From a virus (lineage: Duplodnaviria; Caudoviricetes): DNA of 64,000 bases. Location of the stretch: the IMG/VR virus record IMGVR_UViG_3300021399_000012, positions 8,053 to 72,052 of that record; one strand, written 5' to 3'. This document shows positions 46,501 to 56,003 of the stretch, in pieces. The translations under genes and the position numbers were made by a program. The first letter of the stretch is position 1. The number at the start of each line of letters is the position of its first letter. A model generated the notes under the pieces. It saw only the letters and a program-made list of their open reading frames with translations. It made no database searches and was not told where the DNA came from.

Positions 46501-47415
46501 ACTGCTATGCTTGAAAGTTTTGCAGGAGCGCTTGATGCTGTTTCTGATAAAATTAAGAAAGCTGCAGATAAAGCTAATGAAACAATGAAGTCATTTGCTA
46601 ATGGCTTGGTTAGCATATTTAAAGAGAATACCAGCAAACCTTTTAAGGAAGCTACTGATGCATTCTTGAGTCAGATTGCAGGTACAATATCAAAAAATAA
46701 GACCATAACGTCAAATTTGACATCGTTATCAACACGAATGGTTTCTTCGTTTAACCAAAACGGAAAATTGTCAAATCAGGCTAATAGTTCTGGTAGATAT
46801 TTTGCAGACGGAATCGCTCAGGGTGTTGAAAACAATTCACATAGAGCTGTAAACGCTGCTAGAAATCTAGGTATTGACATGAAGAAAGCGTATAACAAAG
46901 CAGTTAAGATCAAGTCACCATCTAGAGAAATGCGTAAGTCTGGTGGATTCTTTGTAGAAGGTATCATTAAGGGTGTATATGATAAATATTCAGAAGCGCT
47001 TGATGCTGTTAGAGATCTCGGTAGAGATTCAATTAACATCTTTACAAACGCAATGGCTGCTATAAGTAACATATTACCTGAAGATATAGAATTAACACCT
47101 ACAATAACTCCAGTAGTGGATATGAGCAACGTCAGAGCATCTGCTGGACTTATCAAAGATACTTTCGGAACTGTAGGATTCGGTTTAGACCAGTATGCTA
47201 TGGATAATATCGATAGTATAAACATTGGAGTTTCCGCACTTCAAAATAAGGGAAATTCAGAAGTTGTTAATGCAATTGACAAACTTAGAAGCGAGATTTC
47301 TAATCTCAATAGTAATACATACAACGTTGATGGTATCACATACGACGACGGATCTAATATATCAGACGCAGTACAGACTTTGGTTAGTGCTGCTAGAGTG
47401 GAAAGGAGGGCTTAA
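40534..47415 (+). CDS. Tape measure protein (2293 aa)
   Basis: Length, Ala/Gly-rich amphipathic repeats, multiple hydrophobic segments, about 64-aa internal repeats near 45.1-46.2 kb. Confidence 0.92.
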   Translation: MSDSVDEKVVRIKFDNEKFEQKVKNTMQSLKNLKESLNFEGAAKGLENFERVANSFKLSHIEDSLNVIEKRFSTLGIIGASVINNLTTSAMGALSNAGNAIENMISGGGLNRAQNIEKAKFQLNGLGIAWETVSDDIDFAVNKTAYGLDAAALAASTLAASGVAIGDSFKTITDPRDGVEKQISHMAVSLKAISGVAAQTQSEYSDIANIFSTVAGQGQLMTMQLRQLEMRGMNAASIIAEHMGMSEAEVREGLSKGLVDYETFAEAMYDKFADHASDANNTLNGVLANIRAAFAKIGQSFYTPLIENEGPLVKFLDKIRGYVNELKKDIEPKDGEPTLIGSLVSMSKDFIAIADDLFSKLDHSTLGSWLNSLHEPIDRLHEKVMDMYDSIWGVEKKTKVTATEWSNISKLLGADSDKLRDSFIQMARDNGIAIDEMIASTGSFENSLNNGWLSVDAFEQKINELKSGVSDTATSQEDLNKVLEEYSAVVHDVWMGKYGDDDVRRKNLTDLGYEASVIQELVNKGQDYQLTLDDIASVTANLSGENAVTSESLDGLSKALNDNSEAIDKNLRKSKTELSVAEKFQKTFDNIVATADWVRAAISAAWFVMFGGEKDSKNILDSIATTLYNISDVIKNDIKSNIGDLTNTFKGLFAAVDIIRIVFVDIINLVRMTFAKVTGDANMSILDLTGGIGELIVQFHDWLESSPFIADAIDKISSAIAFVITKINDLLGLTPKIKDSTNKVSIFSKAWEKLKTVVTVVAGGLAAIVMSLVLAVKDLIEAFREMDGFSFDNVTKAFDNFKKKLTSDINGKINVEFGLADKLDELNGRMHEKYFAITQGAGEFKNRITDIFANIFGSFDLDSIMDGAGTLVTVWSFTRMVKALKSINPVETFNNVLGAVAKTVTEYGRMLKSKEVMFIAIGVGILCASLALLIHTIKDVPLSDLATAVGIIAGLAITLTACFIALQKLSDSSAMFTASKGKGVTGSISGIGLTMFGLAASLLMIALAIKQLKDVGFGDAIKYMIVILTAAAGMLVMVKLLGVESAATIPSLGTILGFAAGLYVTVLVLKKLGEMDWETVKDGLIRMIPIFAALEAIIWSINKGSINGKTTNQAASAFKGIALMFLAITASIYILGRMDNEVLQKGLGIVTILLLMIAGLGAVLNLTSKELEPGKIAQSKDVYTGISKLLISIAGTVFLLGNMNPTRMWQGVGAIGIILAFLAALGAFANFKLKGTALTVSMVKTMTSLIVSIAVSLVLVSNLCRDPARLWSAVAAIGIILFALAALSGGLAKVNLKGFAKANVLKNAIIAIGMLVVVAGALWALSTFTNPENLIASCIAIGVVFAEVIAALLVLSGISSIAPQAGMGVALSLLLLGGVALILGALVHFTSVDECKTIVEMLAALFASLIVTLVVLTGVGAVGELAIAGIALMDILLLDIIGMLALIGAIANDSKAVDKGLEVLQKVADGIGKAISMFLESAASSLPAIGDYISQFISNIEPAISQLSEMKDANVGSALSGIADIIGTLMTFKIGDLPTEEELKSLAERLGQVSYMIILMYAMFKNAGFTTFGLAKKMFKNVAEAMGSLNEMISQITGNGDGDVWKRGARDILNYSKEDMTTLAERLGQLGYMLILIYNEFSNAGFKNFGLAKTLFPNIADAMKGLNTLVAQLTGNGDGNMFKEGVAALRQYTEEDLSLVAERLGQLGYMLIVIYNEFSNAGFKNFGLAKTLFKNIATAMKDLGEFVSEVTGGVFKKGLADLASIDAITLADAATKLGALGFMLIVFYRMFNAAGFVDFGMAQKLFPNVSAAMDGLADMSAHAQMVPWESLAAMPIEVFQKAGTNMAALGLILVAYWNIFGEAGFKTFSEAKKMFANTADAFDSYVVLCQKLLDNSSVLAGVADTIKTESIAAVGNTLTTYAQTMVDVGLIAKDIDNGAFDYLAGATDKWTKLFDNLPDEGARKSLLDVADTIKEYSTRVAKIDFDSSNTAMLESFAGALDAVSDKIKKAADKANETMKSFANGLVSIFKENTSKPFKEATDAFLSQIAGTISKNKTITSNLTSLSTRMVSSFNQNGKLSNQANSSGRYFADGIAQGVENNSHRAVNAARNLGIDMKKAYNKAVKIKSPSREMRKSGGFFVEGIIKGVYDKYSEALDAVRDLGRDSINIFTNAMAAISNILPEDIELTPTITPVVDMSNVRASAGLIKDTFGTVGFGLDQYAMDNIDSINIGVSALQNKGNSEVVNAIDKLRSEISNLNSNTYNVDGITYDDGSNISDAVQTLVSAARVERRA

Positions 47416-47418
47416 AGC

Positions 47419-49926
47419 ATGAGTGTTGGAGTTGAAGGACTCTCAATATACTATGATGGTGAATCTAGAGATGGCACATATTTGTGTGGTTTCTGGTTAC
47501 CATCGTCGTGGAGAAATCAATTCTCGCCGCAGTATCAGAACTTGGAAAAGTTTACTGTCAAATGGGAATATTTCCAATTTCCGACTGGTTGGCATCATGG
47601 AGCTATAAATACTGTAGATCGTGATGCACCACATGCAGGAGAAATTTTCTACTATGAAAATGCTTACAAACCTCCTAAATCCGCTCTTACTATTAGGTGT
47701 TTTGTATTACCAGAATGTAAGGTAGACGCTAAAGTAAACTGTAATTATGTATATGGAACATTTGCAAGTCCAACATGGCCGGACTGGGTTGGTAGTCGAG
47801 AAGTTTCTATAGTAGAGACAAATCAGCCTGCCAAACCGTCAGTTCCGACTGTTACACTTAGAAGAGATGGAGTTACAGCTGATATCAAAGTCAATGGGTA
47901 TCAGCCAGATACTCCAATATACAATCAGTATGCAGCAGCTCTAGAATTCCAAATAATGAATTTGGCAAGGCCTAATAATCCATATTCAATTTATGGCTAT
48001 TCGATAAAGAAACAGACTGATTACTTGGAGCCATTAGATATGGCTGCAGTTGCTACATTAGCTCAAAATACGAAGTATAAAGTTCGTTCCAGATCGTGGA
48101 TTGTGAATTCATCAAATCCTAATGTGAGATACAATTGTAGTGACTGGACTGAATGGACTGATCAAATACTCACCAGGCCGTCCTCTCCTACCATGGTATA
48201 TGCGGAGGCAAAATCAGAAACTGCAATATTGGTTTCTTTAGTACCTATAGGACAAAAAGATTCTTCTCAACCTCCAGCTGATCTTAGTATTATATTTGAG
48301 TATACCAAAGAGAAGGATTACTTTGAGAATAATGCTCAAGGTGTAAGCTCTGTCACAGTAAAGAACAAATGGTATACTGAATTGACTGGATTGGAGACTG
48401 GTAATAAATGGTACATAAGAGCTAAGTATACTAATAGTGGCGGCGAATCTGGATATTCTCCAATCATAACCGCTATCACAGGAAAGATACCGTCTGAGCC
48501 AACAACATGGTCGCTGACAACTACTGCACATGCAGGAGAAGATTTAGCATTATATTGGACTCATAATTCAGAAGATGCATCAACGCAATCCATGGCTCAG
48601 GTATCCATGACTGTAAATGGCCAAACAAACATAGTTACTGTACAAACGCCGGAAAGAAAAGAAGACAAGGTATACAATTATATTATACCAGCCGGAACAT
48701 ATCAGGAAGGTGCTACAGTTAAATGGAAAGTTAGAACCAGAGGTGTTTTGGTTACTGGCGGAACTGGAAACGATGGATACTCAGATTGGTCTATAGAGCG
48801 TACTATAAATATATATGCTCAGCCTACTTCTAGATTATATTTGGAAAATGGAGATGTAGTTCAGTCGTATCCGTTGAATTTTGCCGCAGAGATAACACCA
48901 CGAACTCAACAGCCTATAGGCTATTCGCTGACAATAACAGCTAATGAAGACTATACAATAGTTGGTAATGATGGCGCTGATCAAATAATATCTAAGGGAA
49001 CAACAGTTTACAATAGATATGAAAATATCAACCATATAACAGTTGCTGATCCTGGCTATTTGTTGAGAGTTCCATTATATCCTGCTGATTTGCGATTGGG
49101 TAATAACGCATCTTATACAGCTAACATTGAAGTGTCTATGAATGTTGGTCTTGTTGCTTCTAGTAGCATGACGTTTACAACAAACATACCATCTTCAGAA
49201 GTCGTACCGCAAAGTAGAATGTCATATGATCCATCTACTTATTCAGTTAGACTCATACCATATGCTACAAATGCTGCCGGTGATCAATTAGCTGAAAACC
49301 GTGTACTGTCTGTATATCGTATGGAATACAATGGCGAATTTACGCTCATACAAGATGGTGTTGAGAATAATGCTTCTACTGTGGTTACAGATATGCATCC
49401 ATCGCTAAGCAGAGCTAAGTATAGAATAGTTGCTGTTGACACAGAAACAGGTGATGTGGATTTTGGAGATATGGCTCCTTATCCTATAGATGAATCATCT
49501 ATAATAATCCAGTGGAATGGAAAGGTTCAAACTATTGATGCTGAAGGTATGGAAAACCTTACTCAAGACTCAATAGCGCAGCCGATATTCTCTGGAATAA
49601 CACTTAAATTACCATATAATATTAACATACAGGAATCGAATACAAAAGATGTATCATTCGTACAGTACATTGGACGTAAGAGACCTGTTAGTTATTATGG
49701 AACACAACTTGGAGAGAAATCAACATGGGGTTGTTCTATAAGTAAGAAAGACGAAGAGACTTTACAAAAATTAAGAGAACTTGCAATATGGACTGATAAC
49801 GTCTATGTTAGAGAACCATCTGGAATGGGTTATAACGCTTCAGTTGAGGTTTCATTTAGTAAATCTTATAACGAAACAACCATCCCAGTAACAATTAACA
49901 TTACAAGAGTTGAAGGAGGACCGTAA
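47419..49926 (+). CDS. Tail protein with Ig/FN3-like domains (distal tail-like)
   Basis: Position after the TMP; beta-rich FN3-like pattern. Confidence 0.65.
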   Translation: MSVGVEGLSIYYDGESRDGTYLCGFWLPSSWRNQFSPQYQNLEKFTVKWEYFQFPTGWHHGAINTVDRDAPHAGEIFYYENAYKPPKSALTIRCFVLPECKVDAKVNCNYVYGTFASPTWPDWVGSREVSIVETNQPAKPSVPTVTLRRDGVTADIKVNGYQPDTPIYNQYAAALEFQIMNLARPNNPYSIYGYSIKKQTDYLEPLDMAAVATLAQNTKYKVRSRSWIVNSSNPNVRYNCSDWTEWTDQILTRPSSPTMVYAEAKSETAILVSLVPIGQKDSSQPPADLSIIFEYTKEKDYFENNAQGVSSVTVKNKWYTELTGLETGNKWYIRAKYTNSGGESGYSPIITAITGKIPSEPTTWSLTTTAHAGEDLALYWTHNSEDASTQSMAQVSMTVNGQTNIVTVQTPERKEDKVYNYIIPAGTYQEGATVKWKVRTRGVLVTGGTGNDGYSDWSIERTINIYAQPTSRLYLENGDVVQSYPLNFAAEITPRTQQPIGYSLTITANEDYTIVGNDGADQIISKGTTVYNRYENINHITVADPGYLLRVPLYPADLRLGNNASYTANIEVSMNVGLVASSSMTFTTNIPSSEVVPQSRMSYDPSTYSVRLIPYATNAAGDQLAENRVLSVYRMEYNGEFTLIQDGVENNASTVVTDMHPSLSRAKYRIVAVDTETGDVDFGDMAPYPIDESSIIIQWNGKVQTIDAEGMENLTQDSIAQPIFSGITLKLPYNINIQESNTKDVSFVQYIGRKRPVSYYGTQLGEKSTWGCSISKKDEETLQKLRELAIWTDNVYVREPSGMGYNASVEVSFSKSYNETTIPVTINITRVEGGP

Positions 49927-49930
49927 AATT

Positions 49931-51019
49931 ATGAGCGTGGATTGGCTGGCGTCAATGACGCATACTTACGAATTCTATATAGTAGATCCTGTCACATGGG
50001 GCGATAAGATGCGAATTGACACAGTCACTGCATGCTCTATAAGATACGACGACTCTGTAGAAACTCTGGCAACTGCATCATTTACACTAACCGAAGAGAT
50101 CGGAGAAGTGTATGTAAGAGTATATATGGTTGTCATTCAAAATGGGGTAAAAATGAGAATTCCATTAGGTACATTTCTAGCCACATCACCGAATGTTTCA
50201 TTTGATGGTAAGGTGAAAAGTGTATCTATAGAATCATATTCCCCACTACTTGAATTAAAAGAGAAGTATACTCCTATTGGATATACGGCTCCAAAGAATC
50301 AAGAAATATTACCGCTCTTAGCGACACTATGCGAAGAAAATATGCGTAGTCCGGTTTTAAAACCATCATTTAAGAGTGATAAATTTCAAGATGATTTTAT
50401 AGCAGGCGGTGATGAGACGTGGCTTAGTTTTATAACAGCTGCGTTAAAAGCCGCTAACTATAAATTTGAATTTGACGAAAACTTTAGGGTAATGTTCGCT
50501 CCTGTTCAGGACGTAAGATCATTACAACCTAAATGGATATATAACGATGATAATAGTTCAATCTTGCAACCGCAAATAACTATTTCTAGAGATCTATATG
50601 GAATACCAAATGTGGTAGAAGTTGTGTATTCGAGATCTGGAAATGCCAATTCTGTTATGCGTTCGGTCGTTAAAAATGATGACCCTTCGAACCCGCTATC
50701 TGTTCAAGCTAGAGGCAGAGAAATAGTATACAGAGAAACATCACCGAACATAATCGGTATACCTACTCAAGAGTATCTGGATGATTATGCCGAGAAGTTA
50801 CTTAGAAAGAAATCGTCTTTGGAATGTTCTTTAAGTTATACTCACGGCTATTGTCCAGTTAGAGTTGGTGATGCGGTGTTGTTGAACTACAATAGACTTG
50901 GCTTGTTGAATGTAAAAGCCAAAGTAACATCACAAACATTGACTTGTGATTCTGGTGCACAGGTAAGTGAGACCGCAGTCTTCACAACTGAACTCTGGAA
51001 TCCATTTACTTCAAAATAG
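49931..51019 (+). CDS. Baseplate hub/tail tip protein
   Basis: Position; RVGD.V.L.Y hub-like C-terminus; GGAGG RBS. Confidence 0.65.
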   Translation: MSVDWLASMTHTYEFYIVDPVTWGDKMRIDTVTACSIRYDDSVETLATASFTLTEEIGEVYVRVYMVVIQNGVKMRIPLGTFLATSPNVSFDGKVKSVSIESYSPLLELKEKYTPIGYTAPKNQEILPLLATLCEENMRSPVLKPSFKSDKFQDDFIAGGDETWLSFITAALKAANYKFEFDENFRVMFAPVQDVRSLQPKWIYNDDNSSILQPQITISRDLYGIPNVVEVVYSRSGNANSVMRSVVKNDDPSNPLSVQARGREIVYRETSPNIIGIPTQEYLDDYAEKLLRKKSSLECSLSYTHGYCPVRVGDAVLLNYNRLGLLNVKAKVTSQTLTCDSGAQVSETAVFTTELWNPFTSK

Positions 51020-51047
51020 GGTAAAGATATTAAGAAAGGGATAACTA

Positions 51048-52493
51048 ATGTTTTATGTATTAAGTCCTGATGTTGGATTAAGATATTTTACAGATATTGG
51101 ATATTGTTATATTAGAAAGCATGCTGGAAGAACAAGACCAAGAGGCCTTACTGAAGAAGAATATGAGCTATTAAGTACTGTTTGCGACGGCAGACATCTG
51201 ATAACTGAAGATCAGGAAAGAATCCTGCATAAGTTCGAATTCGACAATGTTATCACAGCATATGATGATATCTTGCCCGTCTTACAGTATAAATGGCAAA
51301 ACATAAAAACAAATAATAGATATGTTTCCGAAATGGAAGTATCTATAACTCAGAGATGTAATTACAATTGTATGTACTGTTTTACTACTGCAGATGCAGC
51401 GCCATTAACAGATTCATTTACACTTGATGAATTTGACGACTTAGTTGGTCAGGCTTTAGACTGTGGATTCAATAGTTTTGCTTTTACTGGTGGAGAACCT
51501 ATGGTTCATAAGAACTTTAGAGAAATGATCCAGGCTGTTTACTCTAGAGGAATGACTGTTTCCGAGATAATGACAAACGGCAGTCTGATAACTGACGAAT
51601 TTATAGATTGGCTTAAAAATATGTACTACTTACCTAGATTCTGTATTTCATTTGACGGAATAAATGGTAAGCATGACATGATTCGTCAGACACACTCTGA
51701 GAATATTGTACTTGATAACATCAGAAAACTGTTGAAAAAAGGTTTTAAGGTTAAAGTTACATATAACCTTAGTAAATTTAATCTGGATGAACTTAGAGAA
51801 ACTACTAAGATTTTAGAAGAAATGGGTGTTGACGAGTTCCGAATTGCTAGAACAATGCCAGCACCAAAATGGCACAGTTTTGCTCCGGGAACAGAAATAG
51901 ATCATGAAGAGTGGATTAAGATTGGACTGGAATATTGTGACTGGTATATGAAAGAAAACATCCAAATGGATCTGGATTTCTGGAACTTAGCAGCTATAAT
52001 TCCCGGCGATAGAACACTTGGACTTAGTAATATTAGAGGCTGTCATTGTAATCGAGATACTGATAAAGATCAGCCTTTGTGTCCACTGACTGTTGAGAGA
52101 ATATGCGTTATGGGAAATGGTGGTATGACACCTTGTCAGCAGGTAAGTGGTATTCTCAAATATGAAGGTATTGATCTTGGAAATGTTAAAGAGACACCAC
52201 TTAGTGAATTGCTAGTAAATAGTGAATTCTCAAAAGTTATATATTCTACAGTTGAAAGTAGAAAAGATCATCTAGAAGAATGCAAGAATTGTAAATATTG
52301 GGAATGGTGTCTTGGTGGATGTCCTATTATATGTTGGAACTGGAGACACGATAAAGGAGATAAATTCCCATATTATCTAGATGAGACGAAATGCGCGTTC
52401 TTTAAGAATGGGTATTATGAAAAGTTTAAAGAGATAGCTGATAATAACAATTATATTTTACATGGAGGTGATCTCTATGCAACTATCGGATGA
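51048..52493 (+). CDS. Radical SAM/SPASM-domain protein with N-terminal RRE-like extension (481 aa)
   Basis: CNYNCMYC, FTGGEP, SFDG; SPASM C...G-X4-C and CKNCKYWEWCLGGC (CX2CX5CX3C). Confidence 0.92.
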   Translation: MFYVLSPDVGLRYFTDIGYCYIRKHAGRTRPRGLTEEEYELLSTVCDGRHLITEDQERILHKFEFDNVITAYDDILPVLQYKWQNIKTNNRYVSEMEVSITQRCNYNCMYCFTTADAAPLTDSFTLDEFDDLVGQALDCGFNSFAFTGGEPMVHKNFREMIQAVYSRGMTVSEIMTNGSLITDEFIDWLKNMYYLPRFCISFDGINGKHDMIRQTHSENIVLDNIRKLLKKGFKVKVTYNLSKFNLDELRETTKILEEMGVDEFRIARTMPAPKWHSFAPGTEIDHEEWIKIGLEYCDWYMKENIQMDLDFWNLAAIIPGDRTLGLSNIRGCHCNRDTDKDQPLCPLTVERICVMGNGGMTPCQQVSGILKYEGIDLGNVKETPLSELLVNSEFSKVIYSTVESRKDHLEECKNCKYWEWCLGGCPIICWNWRHDKGDKFPYYLDETKCAFFKNGYYEKFKEIADNNNYILHGGDLYATIG

Positions 52494-55400
52494 AATAATC
52501 AATGCGTTTGTTAAGACTTTGCCTAATGGCGAAAAAGACAATAGTAATGGTTATGAATTATATTATGGAACAGTTAAGGTTTCTAATGGTAAAACTAGTG
52601 TTATATTAGATGGATCGCCTGTTGAGACACCATTGAATTATTTAACAATGGGTGCTGAAAATGGTGATAGAGTTACTTGTATTATAAAAGATCATTCTTT
52701 GATAGTTACAGGTAATTTAACTCATCCATCTGAGGGAATGACTACTAAGTACATCGAGACTATGACTGTTTTAGCGCAGGAAGCAGCTATAGGAAAACTT
52801 ATAGCTACTGAGGGTGACTTTACAGAGCTTACAGCTGATTCAGCTTTTGTAAAAAGGTTAATGTCTGATCAAGTAGGTGCGTCTATTTTAACAGCAGATG
52901 AAGCATTCGTTGGCTCGCTGCAGACACAAATAGTAACAGCAGATAAGATTAAAGCTATGCAGGCTGAAATCGGTTACGTTGATGCAGAGACTCTAGAGGC
53001 TAATTATATTGATGCAGAGACGATAAAAGCTAACTATGTCGATACCAAGACATTACATGCTAATTATATTGATGCTGAGACATTAAAAGCTAACTATGTT
53101 GATACAGAGACATTAAAAGCTAATTATGTTAATATAAAGACATTAGAGGCTAATTATATTGATGCTAATACAATAAAAGCTAATTATGTCGATACAAAGA
53201 CGTTAAAGTCTGATTATATTGATGCTAAGACGATAGCAGCTAACTATGTTGATACAGAGACACTAGAGGCTAATTATATTGACGCTAAGACAATAGCAGC
53301 TAACTATGTTGATACAGAGACGTTAGAGGCTGATTATATCGATGCAGAGACGATAAAGGCTAATTATATGGATGCGGCGACAATAAAAGCCGGCTATTTA
53401 CAAGCTGACATGGCAAATTTAAAAATAGTAGAAGCTACAAAAGCATCTATCGCTACTTTATTAGCTAATATAGCGTTGGTCAAAAATGCAACAATTAGTC
53501 AAGGGCATATAACTGGAGCATTGGACTCTGTTACATTAAATGCTAATTATATTACAGCTGGTAGTTTGAGTGTTGATAGATTATATATCAACGGATCTGA
53601 TGGAAAACCAAGACTTGTTAAATTTGACTCAAGTGGAAAACCAGTAGCTACTACTATTGACGCATCTATTTTAACTGATAGAACGGTTACCGCTGATAAG
53701 ATCGTAGCTAACAGTATTACGGCTAACGAGATAAGCACTGACTTTATTACAGCGTTTAGAGCGGATATTATGCAGACAGTAACTGAGCATCTAGAAGCAA
53801 TTGATGCTGAGATTCAGAATCTTATATCTGGTGATACTACTATAACATCGTTGACAGTAAAGTCGAATGCATCAATCGGTGGTAAATTAACAGTAACTGG
53901 GTCTACGATTCTTAAAGGATCTGTAACCATGAATTCAACTTTAAACGTTGACGGAGCCCTTACAGCAAAGTCTCTCAAATTGGCAACTCCGTTACCAGAA
54001 ACATCTGGCGGTACTGGGGTTAATAACTTTAATAATCTGTTTAAAATATTTAGAGATCGCGACTATAGGTTGAACTATACTCGTACCAATCTAATAAATC
54101 CAACCGCACAGACACAGACAAAAAATGGTGTTACACTCACTAATAATGGGGATGGCACTTATACAGTTAATGGTACAGCTAGTGAGTGGACTTTTTTTAA
54201 CTTAAATTATGTTAACTCTAGTACATTGACCATACCCGTAGGAACATATAAGTTGACAGGAACACCAACTCCCAATGGCCAAAAAGTCCGAACTCAAGTA
54301 GTGACACCGGATAAAGTAATCGGTACTAATCAAAATGACTACGATGGAACTATATTTACAGTCCAACAAGGTACTGCCGCCACCTGGGTTAGGATTGCCA
54401 TCGACAAAGGTTATACAGCTAACAACCTCTTGTTCAAGCCAATGATAACAACAGACCTTAATGCAACATATGGTGATTTTGTACAGTATTCCGGACCTGG
54501 TGAATTAAATGAGAATGTAGCGGAGATTTATAAGGTTTCTGATAGAGTTTCAGATGAAACTCATACCAATCTAATAAATCCAACTGCACAGACACAGACG
54601 GTCAATGGTGTTAAATTCACTAATAATGGAGATGGCACTTATACTGTTAATGGTACGGCTAGTGCAGAAGCGCTTATCGTACAACCTAAATATTTAGACT
54701 TAACGCCACTTCGTAACAAAGACATAAAAATTGTGGGGTGCCCTTCAGGTGGAGGAGCAAGTAAGTATCAATTTAATATTAATATTTATGATGGCTCAGG
54801 CACAAACATTGGTTCTACGGTAGATTTCGGAGAAGGAAAAACACGCCATGTACCAAGTAATGCCCATAAATGTAATATCGTAATGGTTGTCCGAAACGGT
54901 TATACAGCCAATAACCTCCTCTTCAAACCAATGATAACAACAGACCTAAACGCAACATATGACGATTTTGTACAGTATTCAGGAGATGGCGAGTTAAATG
55001 AGAATGTACAGAAGATATATCGTAAACAGAGATATGTGTTTATAACGACCAACGAAATATCTGCCACATACAACCCTATGACGATTGCGGAAGAAATGTT
55101 AGCAAAAAGAGGTAACGAAGTTGGTCCAGAACTAATGTATGTGGGTGTAAGTGATACACGTGGTTATGAACAATATGCTCCTGCTTCATATACTACATAT
55201 GAAATTCGTAGAAGTACCGATACTGTAACAATAAATACTATAAGTTATAGCAATAACTTTTATTATACTAACGGTAGGTCAGCTGCTGGTAATTGGAAAA
55301 GTTGGAAAATAATGAGACCGACTGATGCTAAGCTAGATTCATCGTCTGAAAATCCAATAGCTAACAAGGCAGTTACAAACGAGTTTAGTAATATTACTAA

Positions 55401-55989
55401 AAGAACAGATTTCAAACAGGGACTATTAGATCTTGTATATCCGGTAGGTAGTATATACACATCTACAAAAAATGTTTCACCTGCAACTTTCTTAGGAGGA
55501 ACTTGGACTAGAATAAAGGACACATTCCTATTAGCAGCTGGCGATACATATGCGGCGGGTACAACCGGAGGTTCTAGTACTCATACATTAACAGTTGACG
55601 AAATCCCATCGCATGCACATGGATTAAATAATCATGTTCATAGTATGAATGGGCATACACATGGTATACCAGCATTAAGTGGAACGGCACATAGTGAAGG
55701 TGGACATACTCACGGAACGTCTGGTAAATATAGATTAGGCGGTGTCGATGTTGGTAACATGGGTGTTGGCGCTGGTAATAGTTACACACTATCTAATCCA
55801 TTCTTATCAAGTATTGGCGGTGGTGCACATACCCATTCAGTAACCACAGACGCAGGTACAACAGATGGGAATTCGACAGCATTTACTGGAGGGCCTATAA
55901 GCGGAGACACAACGAATACTGGTGGAGGAAAAGCCCATAGTATTATGCCACCATATAAAGTTGTATATGTATGGGAAAGAACTGCTTAG
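52477..55989 (+). CDS. Tail fibre/receptor-binding protein (about 1170 aa)
   Basis: Repeat shaft, duplicated beta-rich modules, gp53-like C-terminal tip (YPVGSIY...GGTW...H.HG...MPPYKVVYVWERTA). Confidence 0.85.
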   Translation: MQLSDEIINAFVKTLPNGEKDNSNGYELYYGTVKVSNGKTSVILDGSPVETPLNYLTMGAENGDRVTCIIKDHSLIVTGNLTHPSEGMTTKYIETMTVLAQEAAIGKLIATEGDFTELTADSAFVKRLMSDQVGASILTADEAFVGSLQTQIVTADKIKAMQAEIGYVDAETLEANYIDAETIKANYVDTKTLHANYIDAETLKANYVDTETLKANYVNIKTLEANYIDANTIKANYVDTKTLKSDYIDAKTIAANYVDTETLEANYIDAKTIAANYVDTETLEADYIDAETIKANYMDAATIKAGYLQADMANLKIVEATKASIATLLANIALVKNATISQGHITGALDSVTLNANYITAGSLSVDRLYINGSDGKPRLVKFDSSGKPVATTIDASILTDRTVTADKIVANSITANEISTDFITAFRADIMQTVTEHLEAIDAEIQNLISGDTTITSLTVKSNASIGGKLTVTGSTILKGSVTMNSTLNVDGALTAKSLKLATPLPETSGGTGVNNFNNLFKIFRDRDYRLNYTRTNLINPTAQTQTKNGVTLTNNGDGTYTVNGTASEWTFFNLNYVNSSTLTIPVGTYKLTGTPTPNGQKVRTQVVTPDKVIGTNQNDYDGTIFTVQQGTAATWVRIAIDKGYTANNLLFKPMITTDLNATYGDFVQYSGPGELNENVAEIYKVSDRVSDETHTNLINPTAQTQTVNGVKFTNNGDGTYTVNGTASAEALIVQPKYLDLTPLRNKDIKIVGCPSGGGASKYQFNINIYDGSGTNIGSTVDFGEGKTRHVPSNAHKCNIVMVVRNGYTANNLLFKPMITTDLNATYDDFVQYSGDGELNENVQKIYRKQRYVFITTNEISATYNPMTIAEEMLAKRGNEVGPELMYVGVSDTRGYEQYAPASYTTYEIRRSTDTVTINTISYSNNFYYTNGRSAAGNWKSWKIMRPTDAKLDSSSENPIANKAVTNEFSNITKRTDFKQGLLDLVYPVGSIYTSTKNVSPATFLGGTWTRIKDTFLLAAGDTYAAGTTGGSSTHTLTVDEIPSHAHGLNNHVHSMNGHTHGIPALSGTAHSEGGHTHGTSGKYRLGGVDVGNMGVGAGNSYTLSNPFLSSIGGGAHTHSVTTDAGTTDGNSTAFTGGPISGDTTNTGGGKAHSIMPPYKVVYVWERTA
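52978..53397 (+). repeat. 14 x 30-bp tandem repeat encoding [VI]D[AT]xT[LI]xANY decapeptides
   Basis: Read directly in the DNA and protein. Confidence 0.95.
54085..55008 (+). repeat. Internal duplication of a about 160-aa tail fibre module
   Basis: TNLINPTAQTQT..NG...TNNGDGTYTVNGTAS at 54085 and 54565; GYTANNLLFKPMITTDLNATY at 54409 and 54898. Confidence 0.9.
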
Positions 55990-56003
55990 AAAGGGAAACA
56001 AAA

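Noticed and set aside
52477-55989. Diversity-generating retroelement acting on the tail fibre
   Set aside because: No reverse transcriptase in the window, and the duplicated segments are both in-frame coding with differences not restricted to adenines.
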